DNA of 64,000 nt from an uncultured Candidatus Binatia bacterium (GTDB taxonomy: Bacteria; Desulfobacterota; Binatia; Bin18). Of this stretch, positions 9,705-23,198 are shown piece by piece. The stretch is from assembly GCA_965214605.1 (NCBI GenBank), contig OZ243961.1, forward strand, positions 832,001 through 896,000, given 5' to 3'. A program made the translations under genes and the position numbers. Within the stretch, counting starts at the first letter, position 1, and the number at the start of each line of letters is the position of its first letter. The notes under the pieces are model-generated. The model made no database searches, was not told the origin of the DNA, and saw only the letters and a program-made list of their open reading frames with translations.

Positions 9705-10820
9705 TTAGCCAAAGAGTTCCTTGACCTTGTCAAAAAAGCCCCGGCTCATCGGATGGATATCCGCGCCATCAAGATCGGCAAACTCTTCGAGCAATTTCCG
9801 CTGTCGGCTGGTCAACTTCCGCGGCGTTTCGACCGTCACTCGCACGAGCTGATCGCCGCGTCCGCCGCCGTGCAAATTCACAATACCTTTGCCGCGCAAC
9901 CGGAACACATTGCCCGACTGGGTCCCGGCGGGAATTTTCATCTTGAGCTTGCCCTCAAGCGTCGGTACCTCGATGTCCGCCCCGAGCGCGGCTTGTGGAA
10001 AACTGATCGGCACCTCACAGACCACCTCGGTGTCTGACCGCTCGAACAAGGGGTGGTCGCGCACCCGAATTAAGACATACAGGTCGCCGGGAACGCTCGC
10101 CGTCGGACTATATTCGCCCTCTCCGCGCAGTTTGAGACGGGATCCGGTATCAACCCCAGCCGGAATTTTCACCTGCAGAGTCGAGGTTTTGCGTACCGAG
10201 CCGGCTCCGCGACACGTTGGGCAGGGATCGGACACAACCGAGCCCTGCCCACCACACTGATTACACGTTCGGGCAATGGTGAAGAACCCTTGTTGAAACC
10301 GCACCTGCCCAGTCCCGTGACAGTTCGAGCAGGCCGCCGGACGGGTTCCTGGTTTGGCTCCACTGCCCTGACACGGCTCACAGACGCTCGTACGAGGGAT
10401 GGAGAGCGTTTTTTCTGCCCCAAAAGCGGCTTCCTCAAAAGAAATCTCAAGACTATAACTCAGGTCTTCTCCCCGGCGGGTACGGCTGCGCCCGCCGCGT
10501 CCGCCAGCGCCGAAGAAGTCGCCAAAAATATCGCCAAAAACATCTTCGAAATTGCCGCTAAACTCGAATCCGCCGCCACCCATCCCAGCCTGCTCAAACG
10601 CGGCGTGTCCATAGCGATCATACTGGGCTCGCTTCTCACTATCGCTCAAGACCTGGTAGGCTTCCGAGAGTTCTTTAAATTTCTCTTCGGCGGCTTTATC
10701 ACCAGGGTTGCGGTCCGGGTGGTATTTGAGGGCGGCTTTGCGGTATGCCTTTTTGATGTCTTCCTCACCTGCACTCCGGCTTACCCCGAGCAATTCATAA
10801 TAGTCCGCTTTTGCTGCCAT
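9705..10820 (-). CDS. dnaJ: Chaperone DnaJ
   Basis: J-domain HPD, G/F region, four CxxCxGxG repeats. Confidence 0.98.
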   Translation of the reverse strand: MAAKADYYELLGVSRSAGEEDIKKAYRKAALKYHPDRNPGDKAAEEKFKELSEAYQVLSDSEKRAQYDRYGHAAFEQAGMGGGGFEFSGNFEDVFGDIFGDFFGAGGRGGRSRTRRGEDLSYSLEISFEEAAFGAEKTLSIPRTSVCEPCQGSGAKPGTRPAACSNCHGTGQVRFQQGFFTIARTCNQCGGQGSVVSDPCPTCRGAGSVRKTSTLQVKIPAGVDTGSRLKLRGEGEYSPTASVPGDLYVLIRVRDHPLFERSDTEVVCEVPISFPQAALGADIEVPTLEGKLKMKIPAGTQSGNVFRLRGKGIVNLHGGGRGDQLVRVTVETPRKLTSRQRKLLEEFADLDGADIHPMSRGFFDKVKELFG

Positions 10821-10840
10821 ACCCTGTCCTCTACCCGTTT

Positions 10841-10884
10841 AATAAAAAGCCCCCAGTCTTCCCGCCCAGGGGAGGACTAGGGGC
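10841..10884 (-). terminator. Terminator-like hairpin between dnaK and dnaJ
   Basis: GCCCCTAGTCCTCCCC...GGGAAGACTGGGGGC stem followed by TTTTTATT on the minus strand. Confidence 0.6.
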
Positions 10885-10914
10885 CCATCAAGGCACGGGT
10901 CTGTTCGTTGCCGT

Positions 10915-12840
10915 TTATTTGACCTCTTCGAAGTCTGCGTCCACGATATTTTCGCCACCCTTTCCTTGTTCTCCGCCGCCGGCACCCGTCTGCGGTCCAG
11001 CCGATCCGTCTTGCGGCTTGGCCTGCTGTTGTTCCTTGGCCGCCCGCGCATACATGGCCTCGGCCAGTTTATGGGAGGCTTGGGTCAGCTCCTCGGTCGC
11101 GGCTTTGAGCGCCTCAGTATCATCACTGTCCAAGACCTGTTTGGCTTTTTCTAGAGCCGCTTCAATCCTGCTTGCCGTTTCGGCGTCAACGTCATCCCGA
11201 TGGTCGGCAAGCGACTTTTCGGTCGAGTAGATAAACGAGTCGAGCTGGTTGCGGGTTTCAATCCGCTCACGTCGCTTTTGATCCTCATCGGCGTGTGTTT
11301 CAGCGTCTTTGACCATCTGCTGAATCTCTCCTTCGGACAAGCCGCTTGAAGCCGTGATACGGATCGACTGCTCCTTCCCGGTCCCGAGATCTTTTGCGTT
11401 CACGTGGACGATGCCATTGGCGTCAATATCGAACATCACCTCAACCTGGGGCACGCCGCGCGGGGCAGGCGGAATCCCGACCAGATCAAACTGGCCCAGC
11501 AGTTTGTTGTCATTGGCCATCTCCCGTTCCCCTTGATGGACGCGGATGGTCACCGCCGTCTGGCTATCGGCCGCGGTTGAAAACACCTGGCTCTTTTTGG
11601 TCGGAATAGTAGTATTTTTTTCGATGAGTCGGGTAAAGACACCGCCCAGCGTCTCAATGCCCAGCGACAGCGGGGTCACGTCCAGCAGCAGCACGTCTTG
11701 GACATCGCCGGTCAGGACCGCGCCCTGAATCGCGGCGCCGATAGCCACGACTTCGTCAGGATTGACCCCCTTGTGAGGGTCCTTGCCAAAGATTTTTTTG
11801 ACCCGCTCCTGGACGGCTGGCATGCGGGTCATCCCGCCGACCAGGACAACCTCTTTGATCTGGTCGGCTGACAGGCCAGAGTCCTTGAGGGCGGTCAAAC
11901 AGGGCGACTCAAGGCGGCCGAGCAGGTCGGCGCATAAGGCTTCAAGCTTGGCCCGAGACAGCTTCATCGTCAGATGCTTGGGGCCGCTCTGGTCGGCCGT
12001 GATGAACGGCAGGTTAACCTCCGTCTCCATGGACGACGAGAGTTCGCACTTGGCCTTTTCGGCCGCCTCTTTGAGTCGTTGGAGTGCCATGCGGTCGCTG
12101 CGCAGATCCACGCCTTGATCTTTTTTAAATTCGTCGGCCAGATAGTCGATGATCCGCTGGTCAAAATCATCGCCGCCCAGAAAGGTGTCACCGTTGGTCG
12201 ATTTCACCTCGAACACGCCGTCGCCAACCTCCAGGATCGAGATGTCAAACGTTCCCCCGCCCAAGTCGAACACCGCAATTCTTTCATCGGTCTTCTTATC
12301 TAAACCGTAGGCTAGCGATGCGGCGGTCGGCTCGTTGATAATACGCTTGACGTCTAGCCCGGCAATTCGTCCTGCGTCTTTTGTCGCCTGGCGCTGGGAG
12401 TCGTTAAAATAGGCCGGAACAGTAATGACGGCCTCAGTCACGCTCTCGCCCAGATAGTCTTCGGCCGTTTGCTTCATCTTTTGCAGAATAAAAGCCGAGA
12501 CTTCCGGTGGGCTATAGCTCTTATCACGGATTTCAACCCACGCATCTCCGTCCGATTCGGTCACCTTATAGGGCAGCACCTCTCTGGCTTTGACAACCAT
12601 GGGGTCCTGGTAGCGATTGCCCATGAGCCGTTTAATTGAGAAGATGGTATTCTCTGGATTGGTAATGGCCTGACGTCTGGCGATCTGCCCAACTAAGCGT
12701 TCTCCGCTCTCGGTGAAAGCAGCCACCGAAGGCGTAATGCGGCTGCCCTCAGCGTTCGTAATCACCGTTGGTTCGCCGCCTTCCATGACCGCGACTACTG
12801 AATTTGTCGTTCCTAAATCGATTCCAATTATCTTTGCCAT
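10915..12840 (-). CDS. dnaK: Chaperone DnaK
   Basis: [38 protein letters not shown]-terminal VDADFEEVK. Confidence 0.99.
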   Translation of the reverse strand: MAKIIGIDLGTTNSVVAVMEGGEPTVITNAEGSRITPSVAAFTESGERLVGQIARRQAITNPENTIFSIKRLMGNRYQDPMVVKAREVLPYKVTESDGDAWVEIRDKSYSPPEVSAFILQKMKQTAEDYLGESVTEAVITVPAYFNDSQRQATKDAGRIAGLDVKRIINEPTAASLAYGLDKKTDERIAVFDLGGGTFDISILEVGDGVFEVKSTNGDTFLGGDDFDQRIIDYLADEFKKDQGVDLRSDRMALQRLKEAAEKAKCELSSSMETEVNLPFITADQSGPKHLTMKLSRAKLEALCADLLGRLESPCLTALKDSGLSADQIKEVVLVGGMTRMPAVQERVKKIFGKDPHKGVNPDEVVAIGAAIQGAVLTGDVQDVLLLDVTPLSLGIETLGGVFTRLIEKNTTIPTKKSQVFSTAADSQTAVTIRVHQGEREMANDNKLLGQFDLVGIPPAPRGVPQVEVMFDIDANGIVHVNAKDLGTGKEQSIRITASSGLSEGEIQQMVKDAETHADEDQKRRERIETRNQLDSFIYSTEKSLADHRDDVDAETASRIEAALEKAKQVLDSDDTEALKAATEELTQASHKLAEAMYARAAKEQQQAKPQDGSAGPQTGAGGGEQGKGGENIVDADFEEVK

Positions 12841-12919
12841 GCCTCGTCTCCTTAGAAAAACCGCTCCTACCCTCCACCTCTTCCGCTTAGTTAATCACCC
12901 CCTAGCTGCTTGGCAACCG

Positions 12920-13600
12920 TCAGTCTTCAGATTTTTTGTCTGGAGTGGTAGGGCCATCTTCTCTCTCAGCCGCAGCGGCTGGAGCTTTTGATACGCTGAC
13001 CATCGCCGCCCGCAGCAGACGGTCGTGCAAACTGTAGCCCGGCGTATGCTCCTCAACCACAGTATTAGGGGGAAACTCCTTGCTCTCGACCTGGACCATT
13101 GCCTCGTGCTTGGCTGGATCAAAGAACTCACCTGTCGCCTGCACCCGCGCCACGCCGTACTTTCCCAAGACGTCCACAAAAGAGCGCAAGACGAGTTGCA
13201 CGCCTTCAACTAAGGATTGGCCGTTTCCGCCCCTCTGGGCGTGCAAGGTGGCCCGTTCCAGATTATCCACCACCGGCAGTAAGTCCCGTACCAGTGGCTC
13301 ATGGGCAAACCGGAGCGCCTCAGCCTTCTCCCGCTGCATACGTCGTTTGAAATTCTCCAGTTCGGCCCGCTCACGCAGAAAAAGCTCATAGTTTGCCTTG
13401 GCTTCGGCCTCTTTCCGATCTAGTTCGGCCCGCAGCACGCTCAATTCGTCGTCCGCGACCGGGCCGTCCTGCTGAGCCCCTGTTTCTTCCCCATCGGGTG
13501 GCGCTGCCTGCTCAGCCGCTTCCTCGGCTTCCTCATCGTGCTGTCGCTTGTCGTTCTCTTCCACCCGCACCTCGCTCTCATTGTGATCGGTTTTCTGCAT
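12920..13600 (-). CDS. grpE: Nucleotide exchange factor GrpE
   Basis: AELENFKRR, LLPVVDNLERA, FDPAKHEAM, GYSLHDRLLRAAMVSV. Start placed at ATG 13600. Confidence 0.95.
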   Translation of the reverse strand: MQKTDHNESEVRVEENDKRQHDEEAEEAAEQAAPPDGEETGAQQDGPVADDELSVLRAELDRKEAEAKANYELFLRERAELENFKRRMQREKAEALRFAHEPLVRDLLPVVDNLERATLHAQRGGNGQSLVEGVQLVLRSFVDVLGKYGVARVQATGEFFDPAKHEAMVQVESKEFPPNTVVEEHTPGYSLHDRLLRAAMVSVSKAPAAAAEREDGPTTPDKKSED

Positions 13601-13665
13601 GCCCTGCCTCATATATATGGTGGTAAATATGCTTCGGAAGGAGCGTGTGAACTCCTCGTACACAA

Positions 13666-13694
13666 AACGTAAGAACCCGTCTGCGGACTGTCAA
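13666..13694 (-). promoter_or_regulatory. Candidate sigma70 promoter for grpE-dnaK-dnaJ
   Basis: TTGACA-17 bp-TACGTT on the minus strand. Confidence 0.55.
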
Positions 13695-13720
13695 GCGGAT
13701 TATCAACAAGATAAGACACG

Positions 13721-14497
13721 ATGAAAGAAGAACGTAGCCCCGCCATCGTCCTGCGGACACGCCCGCATGCTGAGTCGGATAAGATTGTGACCTGTCTCTC
13801 ACGAGATTGGGGGAAGATCAGCGCCATTGCCAAAGGCGCAAAACGCTCACGGCGCCGCTTCGTCAATGTGCTTGAGCCGTTCAGCCATATCCAGCTACGC
13901 TTTCGGCCGAGTCGGAGCGAGGAGCTGATGTTTCTCCTTGGTGCTGAACTGATACAGGCTTTTCACCGCCCGAGTCGTGACCTCGAGCGGTTTGCTCTAG
14001 CCAGCTATATCGTTGAGCTAGCCGATGTGATGACTGCCGGACGTGAAGCCGGACAGGACATATACCACCTCGTGCTGAGCGGTCTCAACACCCTCGAAGC
14101 GCAGCCCAGGCTGTCGCCGTTGTTTGCCCCGCTGTTTGCCCTGCAAATCTTACACCACGTCGGCTACGCGCCCGACTTCACCACCTGCCAGCAGTGTGGG
14201 ACAAGCCTGACCGACCAGGCTTGGGAGGGCGTGGGCCTAGCGCTGGCGTCCCAGCTAGGCGGGCTGCTGTGCCCGCGCTGTCATGGACGGGGCGGACCCA
14301 TACTGCGGTTGTCACCAGAAACCGTCGCGGTCTTACAGGCCTATCACGACCCGCAGGCTGCCCTGCCAGCCGAGATATCGCTTCAGACCAGGAATGAAGT
14401 GCCTGCTTTGGCCACCCGCCTCCTGTCTCCACATCTCACCAGACCGCTGAAATCACTAGCGTTTCTGGAACAGGTGGGAGGGGGGCAGGGAGAGTAG
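13721..14497 (+). CDS. recO: DNA repair protein RecO
   Basis: ESDKIV, AKGAKRSRRRF, LEPF, zinc finger CQQC...CPRC. Confidence 0.93.
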   Translation: MKEERSPAIVLRTRPHAESDKIVTCLSRDWGKISAIAKGAKRSRRRFVNVLEPFSHIQLRFRPSRSEELMFLLGAELIQAFHRPSRDLERFALASYIVELADVMTAGREAGQDIYHLVLSGLNTLEAQPRLSPLFAPLFALQILHHVGYAPDFTTCQQCGTSLTDQAWEGVGLALASQLGGLLCPRCHGRGGPILRLSPETVAVLQAYHDPQAALPAEISLQTRNEVPALATRLLSPHLTRPLKSLAFLEQVGGGQGE

Positions 14498-15580
14498 TCT
14501 AGGCCGGGCGAGACGTCGCGCAGCAATAGGAGACACCGTGCCAGTAGCGCGGAACCACCCTTCTGTCTCTTCGCAGGCATGTTTACCATTATCAGACACT
14601 CGGGTTCTCTTCTGCTCCAGGGGAGGTACTCCATGTCGCTCGCTTCATGTTTGGTCCGTGGCGTCTAAGAGTCTAGCGCGTGTTCAGGACTTGGGAGGAC
14701 CAGAGCAACCAACCGCTGGAACACCAGGGCGGCGGACGTGAATCGCGTACCCCCACCAAAATTGCAGACGGGCGTTCCTAGCCGTGTGCCAGGTGCCGAG
14801 AGCGAACCGTTCACCCGAAAGCATCTTGCGTTGCAGCGGGCGGATGCAGCCCTGCTGCGCAGCTTGACGACCCTGGAGCGCGAGGCCCCCCGAAGCAACA
14901 TCCAGAGCGGGCCGGTAGAGCCCTGATCGTCCTAGGCGAAGGTCTTTGCCGCGGCCACTTGCCCTTGGGCCGCTAACACCTTGCCCCCTGTTGGGACTTG
15001 CTTGCGACGCACGGCTCTTTGGAGAAGAGCTACCCCCGCTGCCGCCCTTCCTCGTCAAGCATGCCCTAGCGCTTTACACCCGGCCACTTTCAACCAAGTG
15101 CCTGTTGCTCGACGCCCCTGCCCTCCCGCAGCACCACAGATCAATCGGGAACCCCCACCACGACGCTCCCACCCGCACCGTCTGCAACAAAACGGTCCGC
15201 AATGCAGCCCACCGCTAGGAGACCGGCCTCAACAGCACAGAGGGCACAACCCAGGCCCTCTCCTCAGCACGGACATCCTCCGGATACGCTGTCCGCTCAG
15301 CCCCACCCCATCCCCAAAGTGCACAACATCCTCTCGGCTGCTTGGCCACACCCGCTAATGAGGTGCATCAGTGCCAGGGACCACAAGACGGTCCAAAGGC
15401 TCCCCCAGGAGTAAGGACGCGCTTCTGCTTCAAGCGGGCGTGGCCAGACGGTGTGGGCCGTTGGCCCAGAGAAATCAGCGGAAGCTCGCAACGCACGACA
15501 CCTTCCAGACAGGCCGCTGCGTCATGCACCGACACACGATAAGCACGCGGGAGGTTGACTCGTCGTGGTTGGAGTCAGCC

Positions 15581-15797
15581 TCACTCGGCAGCGCTCCTAC
15601 TCTTCTCGACAAGTGTCATCCGGATATCTGCAGCGGCGAGTCGGCCACGCCGCTCCTTGACAAGGAGAGCGTTGCGCAACTCATAACTTCCAAATGCTCC
15701 CATGGCTCCATGCGTGACCGCGAGCGGCATTGTCCAGTCGGTACCCGGATCACCTGCCAGACATAACGACGGAATTTCCAACCACGACTCGGGTCAC
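15581..15797 (-). pseudogene. VapC/PIN-domain toxin remnant
   Basis: GTG at 15797 reads TRVVVGNSVVMS (cf. VVDxSVVMxW). Another frame reads YELRNALLVKERRGRLAAADI (cf. PIN ExxNALLVxERRGRL). Frameshifted and truncated. Confidence 0.65.
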
Positions 15798-16026
15798 AAC
15801 CGACATCCCTCATGGACGGCGTTGATGAGAGCCGCAACCGCTGTGTCCTCTTGAGACGCTAGCGACGGCTTATCATGCGCTGAATAGCGTGTTCGCAAGT
15901 ACTACCCACAGGGCCCCCCTAGGCGCACGGTCGGGGCGTACGAGATGGTGAGGCTTTCCCCTGAGCGAGACAGTTCGGAAGCCGCAGCAGAAGTGTTTTG
16001 GCTGCATAAGCATCTATAATCTGCCT
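15794..16026 (-). pseudogene. Phd/YefM-family antitoxin remnant
   Basis: QIIDAYAAKTLLLRL...QG/ESLTIS (cf. IGAYEAKTHLxRLL..V..GE.LTIT). Ends ...AVHEGCRL-stop, overlapping the toxin start as GTGA. Confidence 0.65.
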
Positions 16027-16095
16027 AAAATTTCTCAGGCGCGTGTGGGAGACCAGCTACATCACGCAGGGCAATCTCCTTATAGCCGGGGGAAA

Positions 16096-16124
16096 TTGAC
16101 CCTCTCCTGAGGGAATGCTAGGGT
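16096..16124 (+). promoter_or_regulatory. Candidate sigma70 promoter for ppdK
   Basis: TTGACC-17 bp-TAGGGT with TGn extended -10. Confidence 0.5.
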
Positions 16125-16216
16125 TTCCTCACTTAATGTCAGTCTAGTGAAAAAAGACATGGGAACGGTGGGGCCTCGACTTCCCATTGCTTGTGTGTCC
16201 AAGGCAGGAGACCGTC

Positions 16217-19048
<2,832 letters not shown>

Positions 19049-19069
19049 AGCTATCTGGACCGCCGGGGT

Positions 19070-19939
19070 ATGGTACACCAAACGATAGACGGGCAAACCC
19101 GGATTGTTGGGATCTTCGGCGACCCAATTGCCCACACCCGTTCACCCGCCATGCACAACGCGGCATTTCGGGCCCTGGAACTGCCCTACGTCTATGTTCC
19201 GTTTCATGTTCGCTCGGCCGAGCTGGCCAGAGCCGTGCACGGTATTCGGGCTCTCGGTCTTGTCGGCATCAACGTTACCGTTCCGCATAAAGAGCGTATC
19301 GTCCGCCACCTTGATGCCCTCAGTCCCGAAGCCGAGCTGTGTGGCGCGGTCAATAGTGTCGTGAATAACGACGGGCGCTTGTTTGGCGATAATACGGACG
19401 GCCGTGGCTTTTTGAATTCGCTCCAAGAGGGCGATCTCTCGCCTCGTGAGGCTGAAGTGGTGCTGATCGGCGCGGGCGGTTCGGCCCGGGCCGTGCTCAG
19501 CGCTCTCATCCGGGCGCAGTGTGCCGCAGTCAGGATTGTGAACCGCACCCAGGCCAGCGCCAGCAAACTCGTCCGCACCTACCGGCAAGCAGGAAAAACG
19601 CAGCTTGAGGCCCTCCCCCTCGACGCCCTCCGTGATCCAGCCCTATTCTCCGGGGTGAGACTCGTCATCAACACGACCTCAGCGGGACTCCAGAGCGACG
19701 ACTTTCCTCCTCTCGCCTACACCGCAACCCAGGCCGGCTGCCTGTTCTACGACCTCCTCTACCGGCCCGATCAGACACCTTTCCTCAGACATGCCCAGGC
19801 GGCCCGTCGTCCGGTGATGGATGGCCGACGGATGTTGCTGCACCAGGGTGCGCTCGCTTTTTCTCTGTGGACAGGCCACCCCGCTCCCCTAGAGATCATG
19901 GATCAGGCCCTGCAACGCTCCCTGCGACAGCCCGCCTAA
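19070..19939 (+). CDS. aroE: Shikimate dehydrogenase
   Basis: SPAMHN, NVTVPHK, GAVNS, NTDG, GAGGSARA, MLLHQG. Confidence 0.95.
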   Translation: MVHQTIDGQTRIVGIFGDPIAHTRSPAMHNAAFRALELPYVYVPFHVRSAELARAVHGIRALGLVGINVTVPHKERIVRHLDALSPEAELCGAVNSVVNNDGRLFGDNTDGRGFLNSLQEGDLSPREAEVVLIGAGGSARAVLSALIRAQCAAVRIVNRTQASASKLVRTYRQAGKTQLEALPLDALRDPALFSGVRLVINTTSAGLQSDDFPPLAYTATQAGCLFYDLLYRPDQTPFLRHAQAARRPVMDGRRMLLHQGALAFSLWTGHPAPLEIMDQALQRSLRQPA

Positions 19940-20748
19940 ACCGATGAGCCGCTCTACTGGTTTTTCGTTAGGGGGTTAATCCCCCAAGAGACTGACGGGT
20001 GAGATGCAAGCGCCAGGCCCCTGTGGAAGCGGCCCATCCGGCCCCCTCCACACAAAGATACGCCCCACACACGCCCGCGACTTCATACAGGGCTCACCAT
20101 TCCTCGGACAGGAACAGGCCGCAGCGGTCTTCCCCGGCAGTTTGCCGTCATGATGGACGCCGGAATTGTACACGGGCTCGACAACGTTGCCCGGCAGATA
20201 GACAACACTTTCCCGAGAGCTCTCCCCCAAGACGTCGCAAACGACACACCACCGCTCCCACCTCAATGGTCAAGCCTCCCATTAGCGACTTGTATCCCGC
20301 CGTATGCTCTCTACGGTCGGTAGGAGCCTTGATACCCCTTGAGAGCACTCGGGGGAAGGCAAGGGGCCTAAAGAGGCGCTCATCTTCGCCCCACGCGGTC
20401 TCTGTACCGCACTGAGAGCCGGCGCGCTTTATTCACGGCGGGAGGCTAAAACTCTCTCCCTTGGCCCTCGATTATTCGCCCGCCCCGCCCGTGCCCCGGC
20501 GAGGCTGCCGTCCTCGGGAGTCCCGCTGCCCAAGGCTCTTCGTGGGGCGGGCAATAGCGCTATTGAACGAGCCGCCCTCTCCTCACACGACGCTCGTTGT
20601 CGGGGCAAAACACTGACCAGCCCCCTGAGGGGAGTAAGCGTCGCCAGCGGTTGTCTGGCCGCTCCCATGTCTTTTCGGTTTGCACTGCAGCTATGATGGT
20701 CGAGAGGGGCGAGATGGTCGAGGGCAAGTTGCCTGGGCGGGGTCTGTC

Positions 20749-21624
20749 TCAGTCTCTCAGCAACGCTTCCAGTTCGGTCCGCTCAACGATAAACTGTGTG
20801 TTACAAAACTCACACGTGACCTGGGCCAGGCCCTGTTTGTCCAATAAGTCTTGGACTTCGTCGGGACCTAAAGCGATCAGAGCGCCCAGGACACGGTCCC
20901 GACTACACCGACACACAAACCGCACCTCTTGTTCCTCGACCACAGATGGGGTAAACGCGCCCACGACCTCATACAGGATATCGCGGGGCGTGGCACCGCA
21001 GCGGACCATGTCGCTGACCGGCTGAGCCCCAGCGACCGTGTTTTCGAGCCGCCCAATGAGTTCGTCGGTCGCCCCAGGCATAGCCTGAATCACAAAGCCG
21101 CCCGCCGCACTCACACTCTCGTCGGGCTGGACAAATACGCCTAGACTAACCGCCGAGGGAATCTGTTCGGAATTCAACAGGTAGTGAGCCACGTCTTGGC
21201 CGATTTCTCCCGACACAATGGGGAGAATGCTGCGGTGAGGAGCGGTGAGCCACGGCTGAGAGCGTATGACCACGAAAGTCCCGCTGCCAACCGCACCACC
21301 GACATCGAGCTTACCGTTCCGGGAGGGGAGATGAGTCCGCGGATGATAGACAAAGCCACGCACCTCGCCCTGGGCGTTGGCGTCAACGAAAATCCCGCGC
21401 AACGGACCTTTGCCGACAAACTGAAGAGAGATCGTCTCGTCCTCCCGCAACAGACTGCCCAACAGGAGTCCGGCCGTCATCGTCCGACCCAGCGCCGCGC
21501 TAGCGGTCGGGGCCGTGCAGTGACGACGACGGGCCTCATCCACAAGCTGGGTGGTGACGGCCGCCACAGCCCGGATCGACTGCCCGGCCGCCGCTGTCCT
21601 TACTAAGCCGTCGGCGATGTGCAT
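20749..21624 (-). CDS. hslO: Redox-regulated chaperone Hsp33
   Basis: ALGRTMTA, SEQIPS, AGGFVIQ, CRCS and CEFC zinc ligands. Confidence 0.95.
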   Translation of the reverse strand: MHIADGLVRTAAAGQSIRAVAAVTTQLVDEARRRHCTAPTASAALGRTMTAGLLLGSLLREDETISLQFVGKGPLRGIFVDANAQGEVRGFVYHPRTHLPSRNGKLDVGGAVGSGTFVVIRSQPWLTAPHRSILPIVSGEIGQDVAHYLLNSEQIPSAVSLGVFVQPDESVSAAGGFVIQAMPGATDELIGRLENTVAGAQPVSDMVRCGATPRDILYEVVGAFTPSVVEEQEVRFVCRCSRDRVLGALIALGPDEVQDLLDKQGLAQVTCEFCNTQFIVERTELEALLRD

Positions 21625-21659
21625 GGCGTTCTTTACCAACGTCCACTCAGTGGCACAGT

Positions 21660-22892
21660 CTACGCGGAGGACTGGGCCTGACGCGCCGCATCCGCCGACT
21701 TCTTTTTTGCCTTGGTCGGGGGGGGGGTCTCGTTCAGAGGGACACACTCCACAATCTCCAGACCATAGCCGGGCAGGCTTACCAAACGCCGTGGTGAGTT
21801 GGTCAGCAAGCGCATCTTCCGTACGCCGAGGCTGCGCAGGATTTGCGCCCCAATCCCATAATCGCGGAAGTCGCTCGGCTGCGAACCCGGTCCGGGGACA
21901 GCAGCCTTGCGGCCGCGTTCTCTTGGCGACGTTTTCTCACGCAGCAGATGCGCCGCCTGCCCCTCCTGTCTGAGATACAGAATGACCCCTTTACCCTCGG
22001 CTTCTATCAATTCCATTGAGCGTCTGATCAGGACGCTGGTGTCGGCCGAGCTATAGCCAAAGACATCGCCAAAAACATACTCGGTATGGGCCCGGACCAA
22101 GACCGGTTCGCTGGGCGTAATCTCGCCCTTTACCAGCACGAGGTGCTCCTGGTCGTCAACATCACTCGTGTACACGTGGGCGGCAAAATCCCCTCCCGAA
22201 CGCGTTGGCAGATGAGCCTCATCAACGTGATGGACTAAGGAGTCGTGGCGTAGCCGATACTGAATGAGATCGGCAATCGTGGCAATCTTCAGATTGTACG
22301 TCCCCGCGAATTCTTCCAAGTCTGGTAGGCGGGCCATGGTGCCGTCCTCACGCATGATCTCACAAATCACCCCCAGAGGCTTGAAGCCGGCTAAACGAGC
22401 CAAATCAACCGCCCCCTCAGTCTGGCCGGTCCGGACTAACACCCCTCCCCGGCGGGCGCGCAGGGGGAAAACGTGGCCGGGCATAACAAAGTCCTCAGAA
22501 CGCGCATTCTCCTGCGTTGCGGCTAAAATGGTCGTCGCCCGGTCCTCGGCCGAGATCCCACGCCCAACGCCTTTTTTGGCGTCAAAGGAGACGGTAAAGG
22601 CGGTCCCTAGCGGAGCCGTATTCTCGTCCACCATCATGGACAGGCCCAGGGCCTCGGTGTGTTCCTCGGCCATTGGCATGCAAATCAGGCCCCGGCCATA
22701 TTTGGCCATAAAGTTAATCGCCTCAGGGGTGACTGCCTCAGCTGCCATGCACAGGTCGCCCTCATTTTCCCGGTCTTCGTCGTCCATCAGAATAATCATC
22801 TGACCGGCCCGGATTTCTTCGATAGCGTCCTCTATTGACGTAATGTGTGGGCTGGTGTGATCTGGTGGACTTGGAGGGGGAACAGAAAACAT
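21660..22892 (-). CDS. ribB: DHBP synthase fused to a degenerate GTP cyclohydrolase II-like domain (RibBX type)
   Basis: DDEDRENEGD, TAFTVS, PGHVFPL, GQTEG, ICEI. The C-terminal domain lacks the Zn-binding cysteines. Confidence 0.92.
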   Translation of the reverse strand: MFSVPPPSPPDHTSPHITSIEDAIEEIRAGQMIILMDDEDRENEGDLCMAAEAVTPEAINFMAKYGRGLICMPMAEEHTEALGLSMMVDENTAPLGTAFTVSFDAKKGVGRGISAEDRATTILAATQENARSEDFVMPGHVFPLRARRGGVLVRTGQTEGAVDLARLAGFKPLGVICEIMREDGTMARLPDLEEFAGTYNLKIATIADLIQYRLRHDSLVHHVDEAHLPTRSGGDFAAHVYTSDVDDQEHLVLVKGEITPSEPVLVRAHTEYVFGDVFGYSSADTSVLIRRSMELIEAEGKGVILYLRQEGQAAHLLREKTSPRERGRKAAVPGPGSQPSDFRDYGIGAQILRSLGVRKMRLLTNSPRRLVSLPGYGLEIVECVPLNETPPPTKAKKKSADAARQAQSSA

Positions 22893-23029
22893 ACTAGCGC
22901 TCCTTCATAATCTAGAATGTTCGGCGACCTCGCTGAGCGAGCGTATCATCAGTGGGGTTATACCCTCTTGCCTTGGGGCCTGTAAAGTGGTGACCGGCAA
23001 ATCGGCCGAGCGAATCACGCAACCCCAAC

Positions 23030-23058
23030 TTGACCCTCTCATGCAAGACGGCTAGAGT
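23030..23058 (+). promoter_or_regulatory. Candidate sigma70 promoter
   Basis: TTGACC-17 bp-TAGAGT, ~140 nt upstream of ORF 23199. Confidence 0.5.
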
Positions 23059-23198
23059 GGAGGTGTCAACTAGAGGGAGTCTGTGGAGGGGCAGACACGC
23101 ACATAGTCTTCATTAACAAGGCCTGTGAAGACGTCACACGCCGAAGGGGATAGAGGCACTGAGCACTCTGCGGCCAGCCTGCCAGCGTAAGGAGAGGG

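Noticed and set aside
13600-13720. CIRCE operator upstream of grpE
   Set aside because: No TTAGCACTC-N9-GAGTGCTAA match.
22893-23030. FMN riboswitch upstream of ribB
   Set aside because: No RFN consensus segments visible.
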